This document shows positions 12,137-25,025 of a stretch of DNA of 64,000 nt, in pieces. The stretch covers positions 62,001-126,000 of the forward strand of contig JBPGPT010000029.1 of NCBI GenBank assembly GCA_051047955.1. The letters are read 5' to 3'. The notes under the pieces are model-generated. The model ran no database searches. It was not told the origin of the DNA and saw only the letters and a list, made by a program, of their open reading frames with translations. Source of the DNA: Cystobasidiomycetes sp. EMM_F5. Lineage: Eukaryota. Positions within the stretch are counted from its first letter, which is position 1; each line of letters begins with the position of its first letter. The position numbers were made by a program, and so were the translations under genes.

Positions 12137-14233
12137 CTAATCGAATTTGATCGAGTCTGTAATTCTATTTCAGCCGACATCACCTCAGACTGCTCGGCAA
12201 ATCAAAGAACGTACTGCTCTCCATTGTGATCTGGCCGCCCCGATAAGCGCCATTCTTGAACTTGTTTTTCTAAATACGTTATGACATATCAGACATTTCG
12301 TCATCTCGACGCAGCGCAATCACTCACCTGCTTGCGGAAACCATCACCGCGGGTCACGATCAAATCTTGAGCAGCCTTGTATCCGAAGTCGTTGTTGGCT
12401 GCGCCACGTTTGCCAGTGAAAGAATTGTCTGCCAGGCGCGTGTCTACTTCATGCTCCTCCTCACGCACGCGTCGAAATGGTGCATTTGTCTTGCCGTTGC
12501 GTGTATTGTTCTTCGAAATAGCCTTTTCGCGTGATGGATGTATGAAGGGCGCTGGCGATCCACCACCCGAAGCTGGGGACTCGTCTACCTCCATCGTCTG
12601 CACTTGCTTCGTGACTTGAATACTGGCAGCTTTGCTTGCGGGGATCTGTACTGTCGTCTTTGCGACTGTTACGTTATTGCTGGACTTGTCGTTCTTCTTG
12701 CCCGTCTTGACTGGCGCAGGTGCCGCTTTAGTCGCCTTTGCAGCGATGTTCTCAGTAGCAGTCTTTGCCTTCTTGGCAGCTGGAGGTAGGGCATCCTTCT
12801 CACTTTCGTCACTCGAAGAGTCGCTTGAATCACTGTCGCTAGAAGACTCGCTCTCATCAGATGAGGATGATACTGATGATGAGTCTGGCGCTTTTCGCTT
12901 ATTGCTGTGCGCAGCAGCAGGCAGGAGCGGCTTGGTTGTGTTTGCCAATTCGGTAGCTTTGGATGCGACTGTCTTGGCAAGACCTGTCAAAGACGCTGGC
13001 AGGATGTTGGTCACTGATGCGATCGGAGCGCTTTTCGCAGGCTCATCATCCGAATCCGAGTCTCTGTCAGAGTCGGAACCTGACTCTGAGGACGACTCCG
13101 AGGATGATGACTCGGATGAAGATTCCGATGACGATGATTCTGACGAGGATGACGATACTGACGATGAGCTTGCCGAGCTACTGGTCGTCGCCACTGCTTG
13201 CATAGCAGTCTTTTCGGTCTTGTCCTTGGCTGTAGATGCTACAGCTACTGCCTGTTTCTGAATCTTCTCAGCAACTGGTGCCGCTTTTGCTGCAGCCGAT
13301 TTAGCAGCCTGCTTTGCGGGTTCCACTACAGCTTTGACCGGCTCCGCTTGCTTCACCTTGTCTTTTGCCGTCTTTGCGATGGGGATAGTCTTGCTCTTTG
13401 CTTTTTCGGCAACCTGTTTGGCAGAACTGCTTACTTTCGCAGCTGAAGCCTTTGCCGCCTCGACAGGCTTGACCGATGATGACGGTGATGCATCAGAATC
13501 CGAATTTGAGTCCGAGTCTGAAGAGGATTCGGAGCTAGATTCAGAGCTGTCGCTGCTATCTGAAGAGTCTGAAGAGCTAGAGGATGCAGGCGCAGGTGCA
13601 GGTGCAGGTAATGATTCCGCTGTTGCTTTTTTCGATTTCGCAGCGGTCTGTGCGGGAGTCGGCTTTGTTGGAGCGAGTTGAGCTGCCGGCGGAGGAACAG
13701 CAGAATATTTTTTCGGTTGCAGCAGACCCGACGTGCTCGTTGAAGCTGCCGACTCTTCTTCTTCGTCGTCATCTGAACTGTCCTCAGCACTACTGCTCTC
13801 ATCCTGAGCTGTGCTCGTCGACGGGGCAGAAGAGGCGGCCTTCTTTTGCTTCTTGTTGCCATTCGCTGTTACTGAGTTGTCCACAGTGGTATTCGCGGCA
13901 TATTTCCTGTTTGTGCAGTATCATAATCAGACTGTCAATTAAATTTCATTATGCAACCCTGGCTCACTTGGACATCCAATCCAGCAGAGCCCGACTATTC
14001 TCTTCGTCATAAGCGTGCTCAGTCAGTCCAGACGTCGAAGGCGCTTCCTTGATGAGAGCTTTCGCCGTCTTTTGGCAGTTTTGAGCGACGAGAAAATCAT
14101 GAATGATGATAAAAGTTTCTGGATCCGCCAGCAAAGATGCAGTCAGCAAGGATGGCCCAGCATAGCCGTGTATGGGCTACTTGGTGGACACACGTCGCAG
14201 CGCTTTCGCATCAGACGCAGTTTTGGGAGCCAT
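12137..14233 (-). CDS. SRP40: SRP40/Nopp140-like nucleolar phosphoprotein
   Basis: LisH-like N-terminus (IHDFLVAQNCQKTAKAL), alternating Ser/Asp and Lys/Ala/Pro tracts, SRP40_C end (PFRRV...DLIVTRGDGFRK...KNKFKNGAYRGGQI...SIKFD). Confidence 0.9.
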
Positions 14234-14399
14234 GGCGGTCAGTATGAGCAAGCAAAACAGGCGTATCGCAAGTTCGAATAATAATTCTAACAAGAGGCAC
14301 TGAGACGATTAGAATCATCTGATACAACGGTCCCCTCCTCCCTAAATCCCTTCCATACATTGCGCTGCAAGCTTATGGCTTGGCTATCGTTTTGCAATC

Positions 14400-15349
14400 T
14401 TACAATGACTCTGTAAGAAAGGCAGTCAGTCTCGCATTACAAGTCTTCCACTGATTATCCGCACTGCCAAACTGCTTCTTGCCAAAGTTGAGCCACCACA
14501 CGCCGGCGTTGAGGTAGGTCTGTGAAGAATGTTTAGATCGAATCAGACCATTGTCAGGGATGTGTCATTAGGAGGATACGCACAGCATACGAGAGCCACG
14601 TCAGGTATGGCACAAATACAGCCAGTGTCCGTTTATCCACCTGAGCCATCTTTGGCTAAACGGGCAATCAGATTACAAGTCTTCTCCGCAATGCGCCACT
14701 CTTACTGTCAGTGTTGCTACTGTGCTCAACAGCGCTACAATGTCGATCAGAGCAAGCAGCGGCTGAATGGAGGTATTGCACGTCAGCTTTGCATTCGGCA
14801 CGTTGTGTGAAAGCTGTCTCACCTGCTTTGCACCGAAAAAGAGGGGCGTCCATAGTTGATTTAGCCTGCAAAAGCCAGCATCTGCGCGAGGATTCTGCAC
14901 ATATGATTGTATTACGACTCACGCGAATTGTGCATACCAGAGCGTTAGACTGGATGACGCTGCCGCTCGGACGGCAATGCTAGGTGATTTGTCGAGTGCT
15001 TTCACCGCAACATGGGCTGCCCACCCCATGCCTGCGTACAGGGATGTCCACACTACAGGGAATACCCATCTCGGCGGGGGACCAGGTGGAGGCTAGTAAG
15101 TACCATCAGCCAAGCGTCTTCATATTGTGTTAGATTATCGAATCCACCTGAAGTAGCGTAGGATACCAGGTCTGAGCAAAGCACAATCAGCCTTCCCATG
15201 GAAAACCTTTCCAACAGCATCGCATGCACCACCTTTACTGTCGAAGCTGTTATCTTTCCGCTGAAGGCTCCTGCAAGAATGGGCAGTCCAACAGCCAAAG
15301 GTAGCGAACGCGGTATATCGTACAGCAAGCTTGGGCTGTCAAGAAACAT
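14400..15349 (-). CDS. TSPO: TspO/MBR translocator protein, multi-exon
   Basis: WYPTL, PPRWVFPVVWTSLYAGMGWAAH, LNQLWTPLFFG, PYLTWLSYA, TYLNAGVWWLN. Confidence 0.9.
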
Positions 15350-15601
15350 TTGTAAAGCATCTCAGCGTTGTTACTGAACGTTTGGCAGCGGACGCACAGC
15401 TGGTAAGGCATATTGATGTTGAAGGAGCAAAAGCAAGAAAGACATTTGAAATTATTATCAAGACCGGCTTGACTTCGGACAACTCCCACGCCAATGCTAA
15501 CTACTTCGCTGAACTGATAATAATTCATTATAATCCTTGCTTATAATCTCCGCATCAGCCGACTTAACCGGTGCTCCTCCATCACTGACAATCAATCTAC
15601 G

Positions 15602-17062
15602 ATGCTCTATCGAGCTTCAAGACAATGTCGCAAGTTCACGTCAAGTACCACTGCCCGGCAATTCGAACCTCCTTTGAAGGGCATCCGCATTGTGGATCTC
15701 ACACGCGTTCTGGCGGGTCCATATGCCTCGATGCTGTTATCCGACCTGGGAGCCGATGTGATAAAAGTGGAGCATCCAACACGAGGAGATGACACCCGAG
15801 CGTGGATTCCGCCGTCTGCATCGTCAAAAGAATCATCTACAAGAAAAGATCAGGATTGGTCAAGACTGCCGCCAGAGTCAGCCTACTTTTTATCGGTCAA
15901 TAGAGGTTTGTCGATGGGTAACATATCGCATCATGTAGCTGAGTAAGGTATAACAGGGAAAAGGAGCTTAGGAGTCAATCTGAAAACTCCCGAAGGTCAG
16001 GATATTGTCCGGGAACTCGTTAGAAAGGCGGATGTCCTGGTGAGCCAGGGGTATGACATCTGTATGCAGATGCGAAACTAATACCTTTCAAACAGATAGA
16101 AAATTATGTACCGGGGAAACTTAACGAGATGAGATTGGGCTACGAAGACTGCAAAGCTCTCAATCCCGGCTTGATCTATGCAAGTATAACAGGTTACGGG
16201 CAGACCGGTCCATACAGCAAACAGCCAGGCTACGACGTGATGGTGGAAGCCGAAGGTATTGCTTCATCCTTTATTCCGAGCCACATAGCGCTGAAGCACT
16301 CCTGCGTGTCCAGCCGGACTGATGCATATAACTGGAGAGCCGGATGCCACTCCAGTCAAGGTTGGAGTTGCCATCACAGACCTCACAACTGGCTTATACG
16401 CGTACTCTGCTATCCTCGCTGCTCTGTACGGTCGCAAAACGACTGGAAAAGGCGTACACATCGACGCAAATCTTTTCGATAGCCAAATCGCTTCGCTCGC
16501 AAATATCGGTTCAAACTACCTCATAGCGGGACAGGAAGCGACTCGGCAAGGTACAGCGCATCCTTCCATAGTACCCTATCAGACTCTTCCAACAAGAGAC
16601 GGTTTCATCATGCTAGGAGCGGGCAATGATGGACAATTCAAGATTCTCTCGGGTATACTTGGACAAGCTTGGTGGGAAGATCCGCTCTTCTCGTCAAACT
16701 CTGCAAGAGTCGCAAACCGCAAAAGACTGATAGCGGAGTTGAGCGATGTCTTACAGCAGAGGACGACGAAAGAGTGGTTGGAAGAGCTGAGAGGGAAAGG
16801 CCTACCGTTCGCACCCATTAACAACATTCAGCAAACATTTGAGCATCCCCAAGCCCTGGCTCGTAATGTAGTGGTGGAAGTAGAGCATTCTCGAGCAGGC
16901 ACACTCAAATTGGTGGCTCCGGCTGTATCGTACGATGGAGCGAGAATGCCAGTCAAGAGAGCACCTCCTGTACTGGGCGAGCATACCCTCGAGGTTCTGC
17001 AGAGCGAGCTCGGCTTCGACGATGACAGGATAGCAGATCTTCACGCAAAAGGGGCAGTCTAG
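15602..17062 (+). CDS. CoA-transferase family III (CaiB/BaiF, SUGCT-like), mitochondrial
   Basis: [71 protein letters not shown]. Confidence 0.93.
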
Positions 17063-17154
17063 GCAGCAAACATTGTCCATTATTCGCAATTTTAGGGCTA
17101 CAGCACCAATTTTATTAGCATTATACATCGTATCATTCATTTCATCGAAGCCGT

Positions 17155-20100
17155 TCAGTATCTGTATTGTTGAGGTGGCGGGTGTTGCGCAGGGTTGTGC
17201 GGCTGATACTGCTGCTGATGTTGCGGTTGTGAAGACTGGGTGTAGGGTTGGTAAGAAGTATTACCATTCTGCGCCGGCGGGTACGGGTACTGCGATGGAG
17301 GTTGCTGATACTGAGACTGCTGAGGCTGCGTGGACGGGTATGCTTGCTGCTGACTGGGCTGATACTGATTAGACTGCGGCTGTCCATACTGGTTCTGTGG
17401 CGGCGGCGATGAGTATGAAGAGTATTGAGCGGGCGGTTGGCTCGGATGTGAGGATGGCGGCCGAGGAGGTGCGGAAGGCTGCCCGTAGGATTGGTATGAG
17501 GATTGATGAATGTCACCGTATGTCGATGGCGGGGCCCCGTAACCCGGTGCAGAGTAATTCAAGGGAGGTGGAGGCGGAGGCGCACGCGGTTGATATTGCG
17601 TTTGCTGTGGAGGAGGGGGCAGGCCGCCAGTGCTTGGCTGCCTTTGAGGCGATTGATAGGCCGACGAAGATGCAGTGGGCTTGGGAGGTAAAGATGGTAT
17701 GTGAGTAGCCGGCGAAGGGGCAGTATTATACGCATATGCTGGCTGACTCGGAGGAGCAGGTGAAGAACTAGCGTATGCGCCGTAAGGTGACTGTGACTGA
17801 CTGCCATACGGCGCAGGAGAGGGACCGGTCGATTGTTGCGACATTTGCCGACTCTGATAGTCCATTTGCGAGGGTCTGCTCGAAAGACTCATGGTGTCGA
17901 ATGCACTCTCTAGTCCACCTTGCCGCGGCGGCGCCGAAGCAGTGCTAGCCGACTGCAATCTTTGCTTGACTTCAGCAGTCGACACCATCTGCGATCTCTC
18001 GGCGGCTCGCGAGGATACGAAATGCGAAATATCCGTTCGTAGCTGTGCCAGCATACCATTGAGCTCGGTGTAGAACTCGACTCCTTTGATGACTCCCGTC
18101 CTGATCTCCCTGTACGAATCGTAGGCTCTTTGGAAGCGCGCTGTAAGTTCTTTCCGGGCACGATCGGTCTTCGCCCAGCGTGTCTGTATTTCCTGACCCT
18201 TTTTCCCGCTTGTGAGTTTGTTGAATGTAAGCTGAATTACTTCCATAGTGTTTTGTTGCGCTTGTATCGTCGCAGCCAGCCGTGCTTGATGTGGGCGGAA
18301 CTTTTCCAGCTCTGCCGCAAACAGGGATGGTTCCACATTCTGCGCTCGCCGATTGACGATGAGCAGCTGAGAGATATCATCGTTGTGTATTCTTTCTTTA
18401 AGGTCTGCCAAAACGTCATTTCGCTCCTTCTTCAGCTTGTGCAGCTTGGAAATGGCATCGGTAATGGTTTGGATGCTCTGTGTCATCTTGGCTCCTTCGT
18501 CATCCGGAATATCAAGATCCAACAGATTGCTTGCTCCATTCGATGAGCTATGATCGGTTTTTGCTAGCGTCTCGGCGTAAAAGCTGTCCAGTGCGTCATT
18601 GTTGGCTGCTAGCAACCCTACATCGCCTCTGACGCCAGACCACAATGACAGCACGCGCGCATCACTCGCCTGTGCTTGAGCAAGAGCATCTCGATCTGTC
18701 TTTATATCACTTCGCCAAGCCCGAGTATGCGAAGCGCTCGGCGACTGCTCAAACAGATGATCAAACTTGACACGAGCTTGCTCGCACTCGCGCTGTTCGT
18801 TGTCGAGTTCCCGGGAGCAGTATTCGAGATCGGCATTGGCACGGTCTTTGAGTTGGGTCAGTTCCGTAATGTACGCGTCCATCCGCTTCGCGAGCTCTTC
18901 AGCCTTGATCTCCGTCGCGTATCCTCGCACCTGTGCTCCGGGATCTGACAAGGCATTCATATCACTTCCTGTCGCGCCTCGGAATTTACTCAAGCTGCCA
19001 GGCAGGCCAAGGTGCTCTAAGCCTGTAGTCATTTCGCCATCAGCAATCTCGCATCGCTCTCCTTCTGATCGAAGTATTTTGGCCTTCTCTTCGGAATACA
19101 GAGAAGAGCTCTCTATGACGCTCAGAGGTACTAATTTGATAAAGATGTCTTGACCGACCAACTTCTGCACTTCGGGTGCTGCGTAGATTTCCTGTATGGG
19201 CAGAGGGTCTGCCACACTTGCCGCCTTGTCAATGGGTGGCAGGGATGCTTCGGACGGCACGAGGTCGTGGTAGATCAGGTCATTATCGTTTTGCGCAGTC
19301 TGCTTCGCCTCGCCAATCAGCGCCAACAACGACTTGCACATTTCTTGCAGCGAGTTGGCTGCGTCTGGCGGCAGAGTCGAAGCAGCGCTCGCGGCTGAAG
19401 CGATATAGTAGGAGCTTCCGTACGTCATGGCGAGACGTTCTGCGTCCTTTATGGCCGTATCTGCCAGACCCAGTCTGGCCAAAGCGATACCGTGTTTGCC
19501 AGCGGCGGTGTCTGCCAGAGATCGGTTGTACTGAGCGAGTGCAGTAAAGTAGCGTGCCTTTGTCTGCGTCATTTGTCTACTACGTCAGCAGGATTGATGT
19601 GCTCTGGCTGGATCCATTTGCCCACCTGCACCAAGATGAGCCACGCCCGGTCAAAGAGGGCCTTTCCGACCTGCTCCTTCACTTCATCCTGCACGCCCGT
19701 GTATATCGTCGCAATCTGCAGGCATATCTTGCTCTTCAAGCCCGGCCCACGCTTCTCCTCGGTCATGCGCTCCACAAAGACTTCGGTTGCCTGTGCCGTC
19801 ATGAGGGTAACGAGAATCTTTACGAGCTCCTTGCCCAGGTCTGTCGACGGAGCATGGAGAAAGTTGTCGTTGATGTAGGTAAACATTCCTGCCGCCGAGC
19901 GGTAGTAGTTGAATGACCGCTTCAGCCCTTCTGGGGACCCTCTGTTCTGCGCTGCGGCAATGGTCGACAGCGTGGCCGCGATATTGAAGATGACGGACGC
20001 CTTCTCGTACGCCAGGGACGACTGCGATATGCTCTTGCCTGGGGTGAAGGCGTCGTTCCACGGAAACGCGACCCGTATCTCGGGAAAGCGTAGCTCAAAC

Positions 20101-20324
20101 AGCTCGAGCTGCCCAAAGTAGCGGTACAGGAGGTCTCTGGCTGTCGCGTCGCTGCCCGCTGTCCCCCTCACGGCGTCCTGGCGCGCCCTGTTGAGCGTCG
20201 CAATTTCGTCCGAGTAGCGCTCTGCATTCTCGCCGTACGTCTGGTTCACGACCTGCCGCACAGCTGGGCCAAAGTCGACCTCGCCCGTCGTCTTGCGCGG
20301 TACGCTCAGCAACGGCGACGACAT
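17155..20324 (-). CDS. BRO1: BRO1/ALIX ESCRT-associated protein, one intron near 19.57-19.63 kb
   Basis: [38 protein letters not shown], coiled-coil V domain, Pro/Gln/Tyr-rich tail. Confidence 0.93.
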
Positions 20325-20419
20325 GTTGGGTTGGCGGCTCAGAGTCTGGGTTGGTGCAAGGGCAACGACGGCGAGAAAGAGCGGAGAGGATATGTTGACA
20401 TTTAACACAACAACCGATA

Positions 20420-21673
20420 TCAAACCCATTCACAGCACACATCCGCAGCAGCCTTCCCCAGAGACTCTGGATAGAACGCACACGCATGCGAGCACACTTC
20501 CCCGAAAGCGACATGTGGAGACTGCTTCAATTGCCGCCGATACTCCGTCAACGCCTCCTCGCACAAGCGCTTCAGTCCAAGACGATGTGCCAATCGATAC
20601 ACTGACTTTGGTGAGAGCGCCCGCAGTCTCCGCTTCGTCGTTGGAGGCGTCCGAGCTCGTATGCTCGTCAGAAGTGCAAACTTCACCTCTCCACTCTTGA
20701 GCCAGTGCAGAACGGCCACCCACGTTTGATACGCCGAGTTGTGCACGACGAGGTAGTGCGTAGACTGCCCCGTGATGAGAAGCTCACCATTGGCTACTTG
20801 GTAGTTTGGTCGACGCGTCTTGCGCTCTCTGACATTCTCCTCCTCACAATCCGAGTCCTCCTCGAATAGCGGCGTCGGGTACGGCATATCCGCTTGATTG
20901 TAGCCGTGGATAATCATGCCGTCCAGGGCACCATAGTAGCCATCCATTGTCGCCATTCGCACCATCTCCATAAAGCCCGATAGCAGAGTCAGCACGCGCG
21001 ATACATCGTGTAGTGTCCGTGGTTGCTGGCCCCAAGCAGGAAAGATGAGGGCTAACCGATATTTGTCGGTCACCTCCGCGACGCGTACTGAAGGCGCATT
21101 GTGTAGAACCATATCCAGACGTAACCAGGTGAACACACCGCTGCCCGTTGGAGGAACGACTCCCATTGCTCCCAACTGGAATATCTCCTGCTCGTTTTGC
21201 TCCTGTTTTAGAGTCGGGTAGCCGGCCGCCAACAGACCTATCCCGTGTGCTTGAACAAACGGCGAATCAGGGTTCTCCCTCGTACAGCGTGCCTTGATGA
21301 CTGCCGGATTTCCCGAATAATGCGTCTCGCCGTGATGGTGTCTACAACTCGACATGTATAGAGTAATGGAACCAATCATGCGCAAGACGAATGGCTCGAT
21401 ATCCAATTTGAAACGAGGGCTGAAATCTCGCGTGCCGGAAGCTGCGATCTTGGGTGTTGCTGTAAAAATGATGTGCGCTTGAACATCCCGTCCGAGCATA
21501 TTTATCACTCCCTTGACCCGCTCATTGCTCGAGCTGAACACACTAGGGTCTGCCAACATTGGCAAACACATGTTGTCATCGATGTCTTCAAACGCGTCAT
21601 TAGGCATGCTCATGCCGTGCGCCTTTGATCCGTACAAGATCAATGCATTGGGCGTTGCTACAGGCGGACGCAT
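20420..21673 (-). CDS. Hypothetical 417-aa protein with a C-terminal basidiomycete BTB/POZ-like region, single exon
   Basis: [20 protein letters not shown] and [22 protein letters not shown] resemble motifs of basidiomycete BTB proteins. Confidence 0.6.
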   Translation of the reverse strand: MRPPVATPNALILYGSKAHGMSMPNDAFEDIDDNMCLPMLADPSVFSSSNERVKGVINMLGRDVQAHIIFTATPKIAASGTRDFSPRFKLDIEPFVLRMIGSITLYMSSCRHHHGETHYSGNPAVIKARCTRENPDSPFVQAHGIGLLAAGYPTLKQEQNEQEIFQLGAMGVVPPTGSGVFTWLRLDMVLHNAPSVRVAEVTDKYRLALIFPAWGQQPRTLHDVSRVLTLLSGFMEMVRMATMDGYYGALDGMIIHGYNQADMPYPTPLFEEDSDCEEENVRERKTRRPNYQVANGELLITGQSTHYLVVHNSAYQTWVAVLHWLKSGEVKFALLTSIRARTPPTTKRRLRALSPKSVYRLAHRLGLKRLCEEALTEYRRQLKQSPHVAFGEVCSHACAFYPESLGKAAADVCCEWV

Positions 21674-21852
21674 GTCTGCACAGACTGCGTGGTGCAGTGT
21701 CAGTTTGTTGGAAGAAAGTCTATCAGCGCTGTGAACGTGTACTGTATCAGTCTGTCACCGTGCATCAGTAGGTAACGCAGTAAGTTGAGACCGTTTGACG
21801 GGAGCATTGCCCGTCATGATATGAGGTTGGACGTCCCATGATCTAAGTCTCT

Positions 21853-23304
21853 CTACACCCTGCAATTATTCTGTAGACCACGCAGTAGCAAGAGCAGAGG
21901 TGAGATTTCGTTAGTTGCCATAAGACTTGTATGCAAAAAGGCAAACTCACAATCCCAACTATCAATATATCACTCGCTCCAGCTTCTTCTAGGGCATCCA
22001 TGATATCCGCCATCCCTTTTCTCTCGACCATTGAACTGACTGCGACCCACTCCGGATCATCGAGCGGACTGACTGTCGCCGCTCTCCGGCCGGGAGTGAT
22101 GGTCGTTGCCTTTGCTAGATTGTTCCGCGCGACATTGTAGTTGCACAACACGTACTTGTTGGCGGCAATGACTCCCGCTATCCTTGAGGTTACCTTTTGT
22201 ATCAAGGATGCGTGAGGCCCAGACAGGCGAGACGAGCGGATTAAGACTGCTTCGGATGATAGGAGCGTATGTATAGGGTGTAGACCGGCAGCTCGCATGG
22301 TCTCCCCAGATTCTGTGTAACACAGTAAGCAGGAGTGTGCAGGGGTAATTATTACAAAGAAGGATAGGAATGAGCTTACCGACAAGATCCACTATGCCAT
22401 CTGCCACGCCGAGAGCGCAGGCAGCTTCCACACTACCACCGATGTATTCAATCTTTGTTTTTGGGAGCTTCTTCTGCCCTTTTTGTGAGCGTTCCGCATT
22501 GACAGACGCGTCTAGATTTTCGAAGAATTCGGTCGCCAAGCCGTCAAAGGACGTAGCTATCCGTTTACCGACGAGATCCTCCACTTTCTGTATATCGGTA
22601 CTGCGTTCCGGGACCTGCACCTGGAGTGCGCATTTGCCAAAGCCTAGTGGAAGCACTTCGGTGATGAGGTCGGACAGCCTGATTGTTGCAGACCCGTTCA
22701 AGCTGGATGTGCTGGCCGTCATGTCGCCCTGCTGAAATTGGCTGGTAGACTCTACGGACGGAGAAGTAGGACTTGACGTGGTGTTCGCGGGGTAGACTAA
22801 CGTTGTAGCTGCTTCGGCTACCATGTCTTTGCCAGTGATACCGAGGTCGACATTGCCTTCTCCGACGAAACGGGGGATATCTGATGCCGGAAGAAATACG
22901 AGGGCCATGTTGTGGTTGCGCACCAGACATACGTCGAGACGGTGTGACCGGGTGAACTGAATATCGGCTCCTGCAATTTGTATATCACGTTCCAAGTAAA
23001 TTTATTGCCAAAGGTTTGAGCCAGATTGGCGATTGTTATTCCAATGATAACATTGTTTTCAAAGTATCCATTGTCCAAGCAGGTGGATATTCAACCATCT
23101 TCAGTATCGAATATCTCGCAAAAAAGCAGCGAATGACTTTGACTCACCCGACAACAGCTCCAAGCACTTTTCATACAAGCGGCCTGTCATATTATGCGTC
23201 AATAGGCGCACTGCGACTGCGTGGAGACTGTCCAGCTCGCCCTTCTTTGGAATCGCAAACAGTAGACGGCCTTTGAGGCTCTCGCTCAGAAAATCCATGC
23301 TCAT
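21853..23304 (-). CDS. HIS1: ATP phosphoribosyltransferase, multi-exon
   Basis: RLLFAIPKKGRLY, FLPASDIPRFVGEGNVDLGITG, GGSVEAACALGVADGIVDLVESGETMRAAGL, TPGRRAATVSPL, NCRV stop. Confidence 0.96.
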
Positions 23305-23504
23305 GTTTGCTTGTTAGGCGGGCAGAATGGCAGCAGCGGCACTCAGATGGCAGAACTTTGGTCTGTATTGCTGTCAAGACTTGTGCTGGCGGAGCTGTTG
23401 GATGGCCAGAGAGAGAGGAAGGTACTTGGACTGACGTGACTGATATCTTCCAAAGAACTGACAACGACGACTGCTTCTAAACTCGCAACGTAACGAATAC
23501 TAAT

Positions 23505-24601
23505 CTAATCCGGACGCTTCGATGACTGACTGGAATGGCCATTCGACAGCTCACAAAATGCCCAGACCAGTGCAGCAGCTCCACCAGGTCCGACTACGCA
23601 TGTCGCCAGTACCAACAGAAGGAGAGCCTGCGGTCGCTTGTTGCGTACAAGAGAGTGTGCAGTGAAGACAAGATGCGACATTGTAGCGGCCATGATGAAG
23701 AGGTGGTCGAGGACGAAGACGGTATGTACGTCCGACGCCAGCGTATGCGTCCAAGGATGGAAAGCGATATGGAATACTTCACTATAGCTGTACTCGGACG
23801 TCATGAGATCATAGTGAGCTCGAGCGGAGAGGATAACGCCGATGACTGCAGTTACTATGATTGGCACCTGATACGCTGTGTCGAACACGGCAAAGCGCTT
23901 CATAAAAGGCGCGACAAGGAAATGCGAAAGCATCACAAGTAAGGGAAAGAATTGCCAGATGTTGAGGGAATGATAACTGCCGTCTGATTGGGTAATGTAT
24001 TCGCATGGGAGAACGTACCCAAACAGGACGGAGAGCACTGCTGCCCATGCGTTTTGAGCTTGATTTGGTGCAGTCGACATGTACTGGCGCTGCGAGCGAG
24101 CCAGCGCGACACACGCAAAGTATATTGGCAGAACGATGGCCCCAGTACCGGCTTGAGCTGCCATCATGAACCAAATTCCATTTCTTGCCAGTTGCTGACT
24201 GATGCTCGAAGAAGGTGGTATGCGATTCCCGCGACAGTACGTTTCAAAAGCCAAGATGACGACGACAGAGTAGACAAACTTTTCAATCTGGTGTGTCAGA
24301 ATGTTTCCAGGTGGGTTGTTGTGGAATGCGCTACTCCACAGAGTGTATGCCCAGCAGACGATGGTGTTGGAGATTTGAGGAACGAAGGGGTAGTACGTTG
24401 TAGCGGGGTTCAGAAAGCATGCTGCTGGATGAGCTGACGGATCGTTGAAGATGGTCGGGAGGCTGAAGCCTGGCATATCACTACAAGGGTTATTCGCGTA
24501 CATGTGTGATAGTCTAAGCGTCACCTACCCTTGTACATGGCAACTGCGGCCATACTCGCCAGTACACCAAAGTACGCTGTCTGATATTTAGCTGCGGTCA
24601 T
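23505..24601 (-). CDS. Multi-pass membrane protein resembling CtvD/AurD-type fungal tailoring hydrolases, one 5' intron
   Basis: About 8 hydrophobic segments; QAGTGAIVLPIYF, IWQFFPL, VVGPGGAAALVW. Confidence 0.55.
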
Positions 24602-25025
24602 GGTAGAAAGGGGCGAGAAGCGGAACAAGAGCAACACTGAGTGAGAGTATGTCAGATGGAGTGTGAACGAGCTGTAAATGCGTAGATTAAAAGAATCAGG
24701 ATTGGCTCTATTGTACGTCCAGCGGTCAGACGGAATCCCTCAGAGTAACGCTATCGGCTCCGGAGAAGGACGTGTGTGATGAGAATGATGCTCCGGAAAG
24801 GTTTATCGAGGTATAAACCTGCTCATGATGGTGTGCTGCCAGCCAGGACTGTGCCGAGGTTGGTATTAAAAGCACCTCCTATTTTGAAGTGCAGCTTGGC
24901 TCTGCTCTGGACGACGACGACGAATATTGAAGCGAGTATTGAAGTGAAGATTTAGCCCTGGTGTACTACTGGACACGACGACGACGAGGAAGACCAAGGC
25001 ATACTCTTCATTTGAATTCATTCAA

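Noticed and set aside
12377..14012. Several long plus-strand ORFs, e.g. 12632-13261
   Set aside because: Antisense shadows of the low-complexity SRP40 coding sequence
19569..19625. Apparent overlapping stop/start splitting BRO1 into two ORFs
   Set aside because: Explained by a GTGGGC...GCTGAC...GCAG intron that joins the frames
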